Counted from the first letter of the stretch, positions 25,632 to 39,284 are shown. The stretch is DNA of 64,000 nt from Schmidtea polychroa (GCA_044892525.1 CM097885.1:162316001-162380000); one strand, 5' to 3'. Program-made: numbers and translations. Notes: generated by a model not told the origin, from the sequence alone.

Positions 25632-28469
25632 AGTAGGTAGCTAGTAGTTCCCTGTAACACGACCACCCCATCCTTCTGTTGCAGTAGCCATTTTCATGTT
25701 TAATGGTTACGTATTTTCTGAAGTAGCCATTCTTTGTTTAACCTGGTATTTTCAACAGAAAAAAGGATCTACACTAAAAAGTATGGATTTTTCTGATTAT
25801 AGTGAGAGGGTCTCGATGAATCCTGGGATTTTCAACACATAGAATTAATGGTCAGATATTTGATTAATCAATGACCAAGTGAAATTATTGGTTAAATAGG
25901 TAAATTAATTGCATATTTTTAAATTAAAGTAATTAAGAGTTAAATAGGTAAATTAAGTGCTAAATTTTAAACTTAAGTAAATAACGCTATATATTTTTAA
26001 ATTGAAAGAAAAATTTTTAAAGATAATGAGAAATGGCAGTAATAATTAAATTTAAAGTAAATAAGTAAATAATGGGTTCAAATTTTCAATAAAATAAATT
26101 AAGAATAAATAGGTAAATTAAGGGCTAATTTTTAAAATTAAAATAATTATTTATAAATAAGTAAATTAATAAAAAAAAGAAAGAATTAACAAATAGTTTG
26201 AAGAATCGTTGGCTTTTGAGAAATGAAATTTTCAGTGGAAATTTTATGAAATAATTTTCAAAGACAAATTTAAATGCAAATTTTTGATAATAATAATAAT
26301 AATAATAGTAATAATTATTCAAAAACCAAGTAATAACAATCACATACCCACAACTAGGTACCAAGTACTAACAACTAAGGATTTACAAACAGATACCAAT
26401 TATCAGCTACTAAGTATTTACAACCATATGACTAAATGAAATTATTAGTTAAATATGTCAATTAAAGGATAAATTTTAAAATTAAGTAAATCAATGGCAA
26501 TATTTGGAATATAAAGGCTAAATTAAGTAAATAAAGGGTTAATTTAAGTAAATTAAGGGCAAAATTTTAAAGTTAAGTAAACTTAGGTTAAATTTTAAAC
26601 TTAAGTAATCAATGGTCTAGAATTTTAAATAAGTAAATTAAACTAAAAATTTTTAATTTATTATCAAAAAGTTTGAATGATAGTCGGCCTTTTAAATTGA
26701 AATTTTTATAAAATAATTTTCAAAGACAATTTTAGATGAAAATAATATAAATTTTTACATGTTATTTTTAAAATGATTTAATCAATTTTTACCTAGTTAT
26801 TGGAAAATATTACTGATGCTTGAGTTCAGTTGAAATTTTATTAATTTTTCATCCAATGATCTGCCTTCAGGTGAAGACAATTTTCTTTGATTTGTTAGTA
26901 CATAGTTGTTCGTATTTGTTAGTAAGTACTAGGTGTCTGGTTGATAGAGTTTAGTTGTAGATGTTGAGAAGAAGAAATATACTAGTGTATGTGTTGAAGA
27001 ATAAAGTTTATTTTTATGAGTTTCTAAATGGTTATAAGTAATTTGTACTTGGTATCTAGTTGTAAGTACTTGGTTGATAGTGCTTAGTACATAGTATCTG
27101 GTTATTGTTAACTAGTGAGGATATATTGTTGGTATCTGGTTGCTGGTTATTTGGTATCTAGTTGTTAACTGGACAAAACATCCTGTCGGATAAACTCAGA
27201 CTATATATAATAAAACGAATTAGCAACAACTATTTATTGAATAAGCATACAAATTATTCATTTTTCCTTGGCTATAATAAGTCTGTACGGTGGTAATCAA
27301 TTAAAAGAAGAAAGTTAAGCAGATATTTTGTGAATAAAAATTAGAATTCTATAGTCTTTCTTTGTCATTTTAAAATATTTAAATTATTTTTATTTTCAAT
27401 TCCACGTGGTGTTTTAAAGTGGTTGAGTTGACAATTATTCTTGACAATTATTATTCATTTTTTTGACGAAAATCATCATTTTTGTTAAATTTTGACATTT
27501 TACTTAGTCTGAAAAGGTTTTTCAACTGATTTTTATTAAAAATATTTTTGAATTCTAACATAAATAAAAAAATTTATTTATTTAAAAAGCATTTGATAAA
27601 ATACAATGAAGAATATTTAGTTGGTTGTAAGTATCTAGTTGTAAGTCTTTAGTATCTAGTTGTTTGAGACCTAGTTTGTTGCTTGTTGTTGGGACTTAGT
27701 TGATAGTACCTAGTTGTTGGCACTTATTTGTTAGTAGTTAGTTGTAAGTTCTTGGTTGATAGTGCTTGAGAACAACTTGGTTGTTGATTTTTGCAGGTAT
27801 TTGGTTGTATATACTTAGTTGTAAGTATTTTGTACTTATTTGTTAGTACCTAGTTAAAAATACTTAGCACCTGATAGTTGGCACTTGGTATCTGATTGTA
27901 AATAGTACCTAGATAGTACCTAGTTGTTTGGTATCTAGTGGTTAGCTGTTTGTTAGAAGTTGTAAGTATCTGGTTGACCTTTTTGATTTTGATAAGAATA
28001 TAAAAAATATTCTACTTGCTAAATTAAGAAGAGCTTGTTATAAGCAAATACTTGATGATTAAATTTTGTTAAGTGCTTAATTGTTATTATTTTATGTGTA
28101 TATATGTGGTTTTTAGTACTTGGCATCCAGTTGTGGCTATCTAGTTCTTTTGCTGGTTGTTGGTATCTATTTGTTGTTGGTTGTTAGTACTTGGTACTTG
28201 GTATCTAGTTGTAAATACTTAGTATTTGTTAGTAAGTACTTGGTTGTTGTTGGTATCTGATTGTTGAATTATTATTAATATTACTAATTTTATTATTATT
28301 ATTACTATTATTATTATTACTATTAGCTAAAGTTGTATTTAAATTTGTCTTTGAAAATTATTTTATAAAAATTTCCATTTAAAATTTCATTTCTCAAAAA
28401 TGAAAATGGCTATTGCAGCAGGGGGTTACACCGGATGGTTGTGTGGCAGGGAACTACTAACTATCTACT
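25632..28469. mobile_element. Foldback-like element with long imperfect inverted arms and internal short-motif arrays
   Basis: ~70-bp inverted ends (TAGTAGTTCCCTG..TGCAGTAGCCATTTTCAT). Second inverted pair 26215-26285 / 28330-28400. ACAACTA/TACCAAG arrays versus TAGTTGT/CTTGGTA arrays in opposite orientation. No TSD found. Confidence 0.55.
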
Positions 28470-28990
28470 ACCAAGCAATAGCTAATGTCATTAGAGTGTA
28501 TAAAACAGAAAAAGAACCAAATAAAAGAACACCCATCCAATACGAAAGGAAAAACTAAACGCTGGACAAAGCGAATATGTTATAATATTCATTAGAGAAG
28601 ATGTTTCCATTACTTAGATAAAACTTATAGAATTTATTCGTGAAAAGTTTCAAATCGTTGTATTCAGATCAACTATAAACAACCAGTAATCAATTCCAAA
28701 GAGGAAGCAATTGAAATCTCTGATTTGATTTTCGGTTAAGAATAGTGTAACGAAATATTCTAATCGAACAACAGAGTATAAAAAATTCAAATATTAATCT
28801 CGAAATTAAATTCAATCAAAAGACAGATAATTCAAATAAAAAGATCAAAACTAACTTCTTAAGTAGTTTGAAAAGGATTATTTCATTATTGAAAATTCCC
28901 ATATTGTCTTTTAATAAGCTTGAAATTTTCACCAAAGACATATCATATAATTTACTAATTATTTTATTGTGAATTGATGCCGCTGCCAGG

Positions 28991-29229
28991 TAGTGGCGGA
29001 ACTTCAAAATTTGGGACCCCGCGCAATGTAAGATATTTCCACTTAAATTTTTTGTTAAAGTTTAATACATAGTTATTCACAGCAGCCGCTATTTAATGAT
29101 AGTTTTATGTTTGTAGGCAAATATAACTGCGGGAAAAAAGTTTCAGAAAATGATTGTAAATAATTTTGGGCCCTCTATATCTGGTGAGCCCCCGCAACGC
29201 AGCGTCTGCGTCCACTAGTTACACCACTG
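28991..29229. mobile_element. hAT-type MITE
   Basis: TIR TAGTGGCGGAACT / AGTTACACCACTG; perfect 8-bp TSD CTGCCAGG. Confidence 0.9.
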
Positions 29230-31589
29230 CTGCCAGGAATCCATCGATAAATTAGGGGTACTTAAAATAAAAAATAAAATTATTTACAAAATAAATCAAT
29301 TATTTTTAAATTAATTAAATCTTTACTATTCTTATAATTGGCAATTTTAATTTATTCCTTGCAGTGATTTCTTTTAAATCTTGGATTTTTTAATTCATTA
29401 TATTAATACGTAATACTTTAAATTGATCATCAAAAGTGAAGTTGATGCGAAAAGCGGAAAATGGAAAAGAAACAAAGGAAAAACAATAAAATAATTAATC
29501 AAAAATAGTATCAAGGTTAGTGTTGTGGTGCTGTACAATGGAAAATGTAAATTGGACATAATTTCATAGAGGGAATGTTCAGCTAAATAATCTGCAAATA
29601 GTCTGGTTTGGTTGACATTAAATCTAAATATATCATAAACAAGAATAAGTTTACAATTAAAATACAATTTAAAATACAATTAAAATACAATTTAAAAGGC
29701 TGCGTGAAACCGTACAAGCTTTAGAAATATATAATTTAAAAGGGTTTTCTATTCCAGTAAGAAGGATTTTGAAATAAAAGTTCACTTCAGTATTTTTAAG
29801 TAAAAGTTCATCAAACTGCGGTACAGGAACATGAAGTAAAAAGGTCATACCCTTACTGTGTATCTTATATATTCTTTTGTTCTATAGTATTACAAACATC
29901 AGTATGAAAGTTATTAAATTTAAAAAATGATCAAAGATAAAACCAAAAGAAAAATATCAAAATATATAGATATATTTTTAGACGATTGTAAAATGCTGAC
30001 GTTTATTCGGTTGCCAAAAGTTCATTTAAAGAACAGTAATAGTTGACTTAATACTGTTGATTCATGCTCGATAGTGCGCTTTGTAGTGTTAGCAAAGCCA
30101 GACTAAGTTGTTTGCTTACTTTACTTGAACAGCCAGCAAGTTGCTCACAAAGGTTTATGCGCTTCAGAACTTTATAAAGTGCTATTGTTATAGGGTTGTT
30201 ATTTTGTTCATTTTGTTAATAAAGAGATAATTTGTATTTTTCATCTATTGTTCATGTTTTAATACGTTTCTTATATGAAGCCTGTAAAAATATTTTAATT
30301 TTTAGTTGGACCGTTGTAACAAACGGTTGATTGACCCTATTTCAACGTATATTAGAAAAGTTTCGAAGACTTATCTGATGAATAGTATATTATCTTATTT
30401 TCTTACTTTATTCTTTATCCTAGATACATTTTGAATCTTAGTTTTGATAAGAACATATATCTGAAATTTGATCTACAATTTCATTCTTAATTAATTTTCG
30501 CCTGTCTTTCATTTAGCTATAGTCAAAGATATTACCTGGAAAAGGAAATCCTCGTATTAATTCAAAAATGTTTTCTTGGACTTCTTTTATAAATATATAT
30601 CATATGTAACTATTGGATAATTTCTTGTCTGTTCCTCTAGAAAATGGAAAGGTTTTTTAAGTTTAACTGTAAAATTCCTCTTCCTAATATATTGCTCAAA
30701 TAAGTCTTTCATTGACTGTAAACAAAAGTTGATACATTTAAACAAACAATATATTTATTTTTTGTATAAGACTGTTGTTTAATAATTTGATAATTATTTA
30801 TGTTTTTTGTTAAAATTGAAGAAAGCAGTCACTGAATACTGTCATTGTTCTGTTGTTGAGATTTGAATAAAATTTGTTTATTTGCACTGAAATTAAATAG
30901 GAAATAGCTAATGCAAATTCTGTTTTGCTGAAGTTTTATGAATAGGGAAATTTGTGGTTTAAAATTTTAACAGATAAAGAATAAACTTAAAATAATCGTT
31001 TAAAATTTCACTGATCTTCTCTTTGACTATAAATCAAGTGTTTTCTTATTTAACATACATTTTATTTGACAGAAAAAAATGAATTATAATCAAAATGAAA
31101 ATAAATGAAATTTTAAAGGAAAGAAATAAACCGTGTAATGTACAGTTATATATTTTATTTATTTTTAAACAAGGCTTCGCGACGCCTTGTTATTTCATTG
31201 AGCTTATCTCGCGCTTGGAAAAGTAAAAAAAATAATTTAGCGATAATTTACTATCGTGAATTATCGCTATATAAATATCGAACACGAATTAAAAATCCAA
31301 TAAAGAAAATAAAACCCTATCACATCTCAACAATCCAGAAGAAACTAACTATATTGTATTTGTCTTATTGCCAGAGATTCCTTCCAAACAACAAAGGAAA
31401 TTTTCGAACTAATCCATGAGAGCAGACTCTTCGAAATAAATAAAATAAACATTTGAACATTTCCTAAAGTTTTTCGAATTTTAATTAAATAAAGTTGGTT
31501 TTTCAAATTGTTAGTTTGACTAATTATATTTTAATATTTTTGTTGTGATTACATAATATTACTGTCATAATTTTATTTGAACTATTCAT

Positions 31590-31790
31590 TGTAAAAAATC
31601 CCTACACAACACGCACCCCGATTGTCCCGCCACATTTTTAACGGTGACTCCATCGGGCTCTCCAGATTTTCTCCTACACACATTTTCACCAACACGAATA
31701 TAATATAACCTATATATCACGCATATAGAATATAATAGAATATAATAGAATATAATAGAATAATAGAATAATGGAATAATAGAATAATAC
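31590..31790 (-). repeat. Dispersed repeat (inverted homologue at ~17548-17615) plus TATAATAGAA minisatellite
   Basis: Shared GAGTCACC..AAAA.ATGTGGCGGGACAATCGGGGTG core. Confidence 0.6.
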
Positions 31791-32076
31791 ACCGAAACCT
31801 TCGACTATAATAAACCGATCCAATTTGAAAATAAAATCAAAAAATTTATATTCACAAAAATAACTATTTATTTTATGTCTGTCTATTTTTGGTATTCACA
31901 TAATTATTTCAACAAAATAATTGACTAGCTGTATAGGAAGTCCTCAACCGGTGAGTAAATGTCATCCAAAAGGAGATGTACAAAATGTTTGAACATTATA
32001 ATTTATACAAAAATAGTTTTCTATATATGAAACAAAATACTCATATCTTATATATAAAAATACATATCCTATATAT

Positions 32077-34426
32077 CAGGGGTGCCCACTAATTTTTCTA
32101 GGAGAGCTACATTCACATCCAAAATGTGTATGCGATCTACTTTTTTAATACTTACATAATATTTACCTACAATGCAATAAATTCATCACAATAAAACAAA
32201 TATATGTCAAAATATGGAAAATTAAACTATATAACTATTTATTATAAAAAATGTAACTTAGGAAATCAAATTTAATGAAAATTATTTTTATATAGAACTT
32301 TTCAATGTTGATGCTCTACATTGGGTTGAATCCACTAGATTTTTGTAGTTTGGGATATAAGTGCTAAGACAACTTCTTAGGCTGGATTCCAAATGGTCAT
32401 CTGTTAATGTTGCTCGGTACTTTGACTTTATAATTTTCATATGTGAAAATGCAGACTCACATAAATAAGTTGAACCAAAAAATGATACTAAATTTTCGAA
32501 GCATTTTTTCAAGTTTGAATATTTATCCTCTGATAGATATTTCCATACATTTGGTTCGGAAGATCTTGATTTAATGAAGATATCATTTTGAAGTGTGATT
32601 ATTTCCATTTCAAGTATAGGGATATCCATTTTAAACAAAGTTGAAATTGAATCTGCAACAATTTCTGGTTTTATTTTTGGATTAAATGAAAGGACATAAA
32701 TGCAGCCACAATTTCAAGTTTCTTGAAGTCTTGAAAACGTCTCTCGAACTCTAAAACCAAAATTTTGATCTGTTCCGCATATCTCGTAATATTAAAGTTG
32801 ACATTTTCAGATTCTTTTAATTGTGACAACATATTTGGAAAATAACTTAAATTTTTGTCTTCTATTTTGGTAATAAGTAAATGAAGCTTTTGTATAAATG
32901 CATTGATTGAACTTATCATATCGAATATCAATTTATCCTTACCTTGTAAGTCGAGATTTAATTCATTCAGAATTGCAGTAATATCTACTAAAAATGCCAA
33001 ATCCAAGAGCCAAACATCATCTTCCAATTGCTTGAACTCATCACCTCTTGCGGCAAGGAACAACTTAATCTCAGAAAGCAAATCTCTAAATCTTTGTAAG
33101 AATCTTCCTCTACTTAGCCACCTTACATCTGAATGCATCAGTAATTCAGCAGGACCTTCGCTATTACTTTCTTCAATTTGTAATTTGAAAAGTCGTCTCT
33201 GAAGACTTCTTGCACGAATCGAGTTAGCAATTTTGAATGTTATTTCCATAATATCTCTCATATTCAGAATTTTAGCACACAAGGCTTGTTGATGAATAAT
33301 ACAGTGGTAGGAAAGAAAATCTGGGAATTCACAATCATTCCTACAACATGCTATAAATCCGTTGTGATGCCCTGTCATAGCTGGTGCGCCATCTGTTGTT
33401 ATTGATACAAGCTTACAAATTTGGAGCTGAATGATGTTGGCATAAGCTTTAAAATTCTGAAATATATCCTCACCTCGAGTTTTACTTTTGAGTGGTATAA
33501 TTGTTAATAATTCTTCCTTCGTAGAAAAATCTTTAAAGACCATTCGAATAAAAATTATAAGCTGCGAAATATCAGCCGCATCAGTTGATTCGTCTGCTTG
33601 CAATGAAAATGCGGTACAATTTCCTATGTCTAACATTAACTGATTTTTTAAATTGGTACTTATTTCTTGGACTCTCCGTGTAACTGTATTACGGGACAAT
33701 TGCATATCAGTAATAGCAGAAATTATATCTGATTTATTTTTAAAATCACAAAATAATGATTCTGCCGCTTCTAAAAATGCTTCTTTTACAATTACTCCAT
33801 CACTAAAAGATTTCTTATTTTTTGCCAGAATGTAGCTTACTCGGAAAGATGCAGCTGTAGCTGACTTTGATTTGGATGTTAGCTTCGTAAAAAATGACTG
33901 TTGAAAAGAAATGCATGTTTTCAGTTCCATGATTTTAGACTTGCGTAGTTCACTGTCAAGTGGATAATCAACTGCAAAATTCTTATGAATTGTCTTGAAA
34001 TGCCTTTCCAAATTCCCTCTTTTTGGTAATGAAATAGTAGCTTTACAAATTAAGCAACAACATTTACCTTTAATCATTACAAAAAAGTACTCCTTCTCCA
34101 TTTCTTCGCTATAATGATAAGTCTTGGCTTTTTTATTTAGCATTTTTTTATTTAGCATTTTTAAACAAAATTAATTTAACAAAATAGCTTAAGAAAATTT
34201 TTCACTTTGTTACACCAAAATTTTTTTATTTAGCATTTTTAAACAAAATTAATTTAACAAAAAAGCTTAAGAAAATTTTTCACTTTGTTACACAAAAATT
34301 TAAGCATAAAACAGAAATTTTATATAAAATCTAAATTTATATAAAAAATATTTTTTTTATCAAGATCTACTAAAAAATCCTTCGCGATCTACCGGTAGAT
34401 CGCGATCGACCTTATGGGCACCCCTG
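32077..34426 (-). mobile_element. Complete hAT element (Buster/SPIN, GTF2IRD2-like group)
   Basis: 12-bp perfect TIR CAGGGGTGCCCA; perfect 8-bp TSD CTATATAT; subterminal CGCGATCTACCGGTAGATCGCG palindrome; ~78-bp tandem duplication upstream of the ORF. Confidence 0.95.
32288..34158 (-). pseudogene. hAT transposase with one frameshift
   Basis: CCCLICK..RHFKTIH, FSLQADESTD, SITTDGAPAM, YHCIIHQQAL, VRWLSRG, FGSTYLCESAFS. A 1-nt loss near 32690 splits the 495-aa and 116-aa ORFs. Confidence 0.92.
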
Positions 34427-35215
34427 CTATATATAAATCAAGTAACGGAATACTTCTATGAACAATAATATATTTTCATAAGACACATGCATATCTGTAA
34501 CGGTTTCTCTTTGAATTGTTTGAAATAATCATCAAAACTTGGCAAATTGGCACTGGTAAATCAAACAATATCATGATAATCTAAAAATATTTTGCAAGGT
34601 GTAAAAAGCGGAGTAGAATGATATTTAATTTGTCGATAATAAAAAATTCATGTTGTTAATAATTATCAAATGGTTGTAAATTATTTACAAAACAGATCGG
34701 GTTTTTCAAATTCATTTAATCATTCAAATCAAAGATACGAACAACCACGATCAAACCAATACTGGGAATTCAATGAAGTATGACATAAGGGCTCTATGTC
34801 CGAACATAAAATGTTCTCATTGCATGAAGGACCTTCATTTTAAATCCCAATGCTTCAATTAAACTTATTTTTATTTGATTAATTAATTCCTTTATTTAAT
34901 TATATTCATTTTTTTATTACTATTATTATCTCTTATTATTTTTTTTATTATTTTATGTTTTATATATTTTTAATATTCATAACATATATATAATTACTAG
35001 CAAGCTTATATACCATAATTATTATTTTAAAATATAACAATACAAACATATGAGTAATGTTGAACTTTCATTCTTTCTTACACCAATCCTGTTATCATCG
35101 TTGTTTGTAAGTTTGACTTTAGTTGTTTGAAAACTATACAATTTATGGTTGCTGATTCCTATTTTATATTGGAAAAACCTTTGACAAAAAAAGACTTGTG
35201 TTTAACAACTGTATC

Positions 35216-35345
35216 TGTTTCGACCAGTCAGAGAGGGATTGCCTCTGACTGGCAGTTCGTTGCATGCCTTTTTTCTATCGCGTCTGTGTGCGCGGTCTGG
35301 TTAGACCGATTCTTGTTGGTGTGCGCATACAGACGCGAGCAATGG
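35216..35345 (+). promoter_or_regulatory. Palindromic leader cassette, copy A
   Basis: 10-bp hairpin CCAGTCAGAG/CTCTGACTGG (35224-35252); 16-bp arms 35278-35293 / 35323-35338; inner CGGTCT/AGACCG hairpin. Closely matches 58515-58641 (-). The regulatory role is inference. Confidence 0.6.
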
Positions 35346-35507
35346 ATTGATTTTGTAAATAGGTAATTTATTACTATTGTAAATTTTTATGGATTGATTT
35401 TTGTAAATAGAAATTAGATTGGATTTTTGGAAATGTTGTTTTACCGGATGAATTGGAATTTTTTGGAAGACATGTTGAATTGTTTTTAAATTGGATTTGT
35501 TGAAAGA

Positions 35508-37142
35508 ATGGCGGTCGAAATGAATTTGCGATGTGATCTAGGTTGTGATCAGAAATTCTGTCTTACATCTTTTCAAAATATTAACTTTGTGAAAGGCGAT
35601 CTCATTTATACTGATTTCCAAGGAAAAGTTCCCGATAAATTAATTGTATCGATTGTCACGGAACTTTCACAGTTGTTGCCATCAATTTTCATGATTATCC
35701 ATGGGATCAGGTCTTCTAAATTCACAGATAAGTTCGTCAATAAAAACAACGATATTGTATTATGTATTCGTAAGAAAATAATATTGAATCATTCTATATC
35801 GGATTTTTCAAATCGATTTGTTTGCAAAACGAAAATCAGAAATTATTTAATTGAAGAATTATCCAACAGATTTTCTCAGTTGTCCGAATTAAAACATTTG
35901 GGTAAGTCGAAGTTTGAAATCGCGCGTGTGCTTCGACGGAAACTGCTACTGGATAAAATGGCATATGACGATAAAATGATTGAGACGAGTTCAGCTACGA
36001 GATTGTTTAATATTACTGAAGTTTATCGTGCACAAATGGAAGCAGCTCGATAAAAATCTGACGTTGGAATGGACATGATCCCTGATTGTCGATCGCAAGT
36101 TTATCGTTCACAAATGGAAGCAGCTCAACTCTATTCCCAATCGGCTGAGAGGCGACCATTAGGATGTTCAATGATGGCATTATCTGATGATATGGAACTG
36201 AACAAATTGTTATTATTCAAAAATACAATTATTATTCGTGATCTTGAATTTAAACCCGAACATGGTAGCAGAGCGTGGTTCCGGCTAGCCAGCCAGAACA
36301 AGGTATTATATAGATTTTTTATGCATGATCTTGTTATTATATTAGCAATAGGTTATATGTGTTATATTTTTATTATATTTGATATTGTTGAAACATTTCC
36401 CCTATGGCCTGCCCTCCCTAACCCTATTAGAGGTGGATTGGCGCGGGTATTTGTACAAACATTAACAGGGGGGACAATTACTCTCGAAGTTGAATCTAGT
36501 GACACGATAGAAAATGTAAAAGCGAAAATACAAGATAAAGAAGGTAGTCCACCTGACCAGCAACGATTAATTTGCGCGGGGAAACAATTAGAAGATGGGC
36601 GAACATTATTTGATTATAATATTCAAAAGGAGTCTATTTTGCGTTTAGTTTTGCGATTGAGTGGTGGAATGCAAATATTCGTGAAGACACTGACAGGAAA
36701 AACAATAACTTTGGAAATAGAATCAAGTGATACTATTGAGAAGGTAAAGGCTAAAATTTAAGAAAAAGAAGGGATACCCCCAGGGCGACAAAGACTTAAT
36801 TTTGCCGGGAAAGTATTAAAAGATGGCCTAACGTTATTAGATTATAACGTTAGGAAAGAAGCCACGGTACATCTGGTTTTGGGTCTGGCAGGGGGAAGTC
36901 CAGTATCAGATGCTGAGTTCGAGGCAGGTTACAAGAGACGAACTGGGTGGAAGATTTCGTTAGGGCGTCTGCGTAACCGGGCTTTAGGAGATGGATCGGA
37001 CCCTAGGGAAGAACAAAGGAGAATGGAGGCATACGAAGATAAATATGAGGAAGTGATAAACGAATTTGAGGAGCTGAGGAATAATTCTCGGGAGTTAGGG
37101 CGGGAGAAAGAAGCAACAGGTAACATCACACAGTTTAAATGA
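35508..37142 (+). pseudogene. Chimeric intronless frame: unknown-PSMA6 fragments-hydrophobic segment-ubiquitin-ubiquitin-tail
   Basis: ORFs at 35508, 36069 and 36879 are in the same frame, broken only by TAA at 36051-53 and 36759-61. Contains [45 protein letters not shown] (PSMA6-like). Ub1 36441-36668 is 64/76 identical and Ub2 36669-36896 is 58/76 identical to canonical ubiquitin. Confidence 0.8.
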
Positions 37143-39284
37143 CATCATTGTAATGTTACAACAAAAACTGGCTCGAAATTTTATTAATAATAAAATTTCA
37201 ATTTTTATAATGGTGGTTTATCAGAAAAAGAATTTCATTTATTTAGCCATTTTAGAAATGGCTTTCAAGTAAGTTTTAAAATTTTAAGTAATTTTTAAGA
37301 GTTGAATTTTGATTTTTTATAGTTTTATATAGAATTATTTCAATTTAGATATAATTTGAATTATAATTAATGAAAGTAAATGCCAAAAATATGTAATCTT
37401 CCAAAACATTTCGGGAAAATTCGCTAAATATGAACAAAGTAATTTTTCAGATTTTTGTAACTTAATTTTAACTTTAAAATAAATTTTACGGTGATTTTTA
37501 TGTCATTTCATTACCACTTAACGTTGATTCTTCATAAATTGATTTCAAAAAATTTTCTGTGATCATTTTATTTTTCAAAATTTTCTGAAAAAGTTATTAT
37601 AGAAACTTGTCACAGCGGCGCATTTCTATATATCGAAAGTTTGCATATAATTTTTAGTATATGTTGTGTTTGTGTGCATTTATTTAATTTTTCTACTATG
37701 TTTTTTGATTTCTATAATGTAAAGCGTATCTCATTATACTATCAATGAGAACATCAGCGAGAAATCAAAGTAAGTTTGTATGTTTGTATAATATAAGTTT
37801 TAGATTTTTTTTGTATAATAAATGTTTCTCAGCCGGTTCTGATGTATGGCGTGGAGCAGTGCAATATAAAGAATAAGTCTAGGTGAAGGCTTTCCACCTT
37901 TCCGGTTTCAATATACTGAGAGGCGTCTAACAGACGTGGATAACGCAAGGTCAAAATAATATTAAATTAGTCGAGAAAAAGAGCCTGCAAGTGTAAAATA
38001 CTCAGTCAAATTAGAAAAAAATCTACAAAATGGTTTTTTTTGTGAAATTCTAAGATACTTGTTTGCATTTATAACTCTTTTGTCTGACAATTATTATTTT
38101 AATTTTATTATTAATATTTAATTAAATATATAATTTTATAATCAAATATAATCCCTACAAAAGACCTTTATGAAATATATTTTGATTTATTACAGGTAAA
38201 ATTATAAGCAAAAATAATCATGACAAAAAGCCATTTATATTTTGATTTTTAAATGATATTCATAGAAATAAACAATTAATTTTAGTAAACGGAAGTGAAT
38301 GTCCCAGGTAAAAAAATATTTTCTTTGATTATTTTTATTTTTTAAGATAATTATTATTTAATTCATTTTGTTTATATATTCTGATTTTTCAAAAAAGTAG
38401 GGTAAACCACCACAAATCTATGTTTATAATCATATATATAATCATATATTTATGACAAAAATTTGAGGTTGTCCTTGAGAATTCATTGATCAATTTTTTT
38501 ATAATTTTCAATTATCATATAAAAGTATTAGTAAAAATTAATAAAAAAGAATTGCGAAAGAGAATATACTAGACATGTGAAATGTCAAAGTAAAACCTTT
38601 GTTAAAATCAGGTTATTGTGGAAATCCTCGTAAATTGAATTTTTTATAGTTCAATCATAAATAATTTTAAAAAATTAGTTAGTAATGTAATAATTTGTTC
38701 AAACGGATAGTATAAAACAAAGTTTCTAAAAAACAAAGTTAATTTTATTTTTACACTGTATTTTAAGATATGTAGAATTATAAAAAATTTTCATACATAT
38801 TTATATTTAATAATTTAATATTTTTGTCTATTGAGTTATTTTTAAAGGTTTAAAGAATTCTACTTAACTGAGGCCATTATGCAATAAAGTAGAAAGATAT
38901 TTGGCCTCTGTATCCTACCATCGCCCTAATTTAATTATGTAATTAATCTGGATTATGCAATTACGTAATACTTGATTAAAAATTATGTCAATTTGAAGCA
39001 TGTTAATGTGAAGATGGTTACGTTAATCGGAAGTGTTGAATATTTCGTGCAAGTGTCCTTTTATTAAGAAAATCTAACACAATAATATTATCGAAATTAT
39101 CACAATTACACTTTTGTTACACATTTTAACGAAACAATCTCCGTTTACACAACTTTAAATAACTTTTTTACTGTGCACACTTCAATTTAAGCCAGAATCT
39201 TTTCACAGGGATTAAATTTCCAACGAGAAATGCAAAACAATGCATTATAAATTTCGAAAACAGATAGTAAATAATTATAGTAAT

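Noticed and set aside
28500-28700. Tc1-like HTH fragment; also an RTE-like RT relic at ~37830-37960 and a PBS-like TGGCGTCC at ~15606
   Set aside because: Too short and degraded to support a call.
29400-31420. Possible multi-exon gene on the minus strand (for example SMKDLFEQYIRKRNF)
   Set aside because: Exon-like pieces exist but I could not build a consistent spliced frame or recognise a domain.
35640-35968. RPL35 origin for the 336-nt insert (TELSQL, IARVL, RRKL)
   Set aside because: Only short motif matches, not colinear enough to call without a search.
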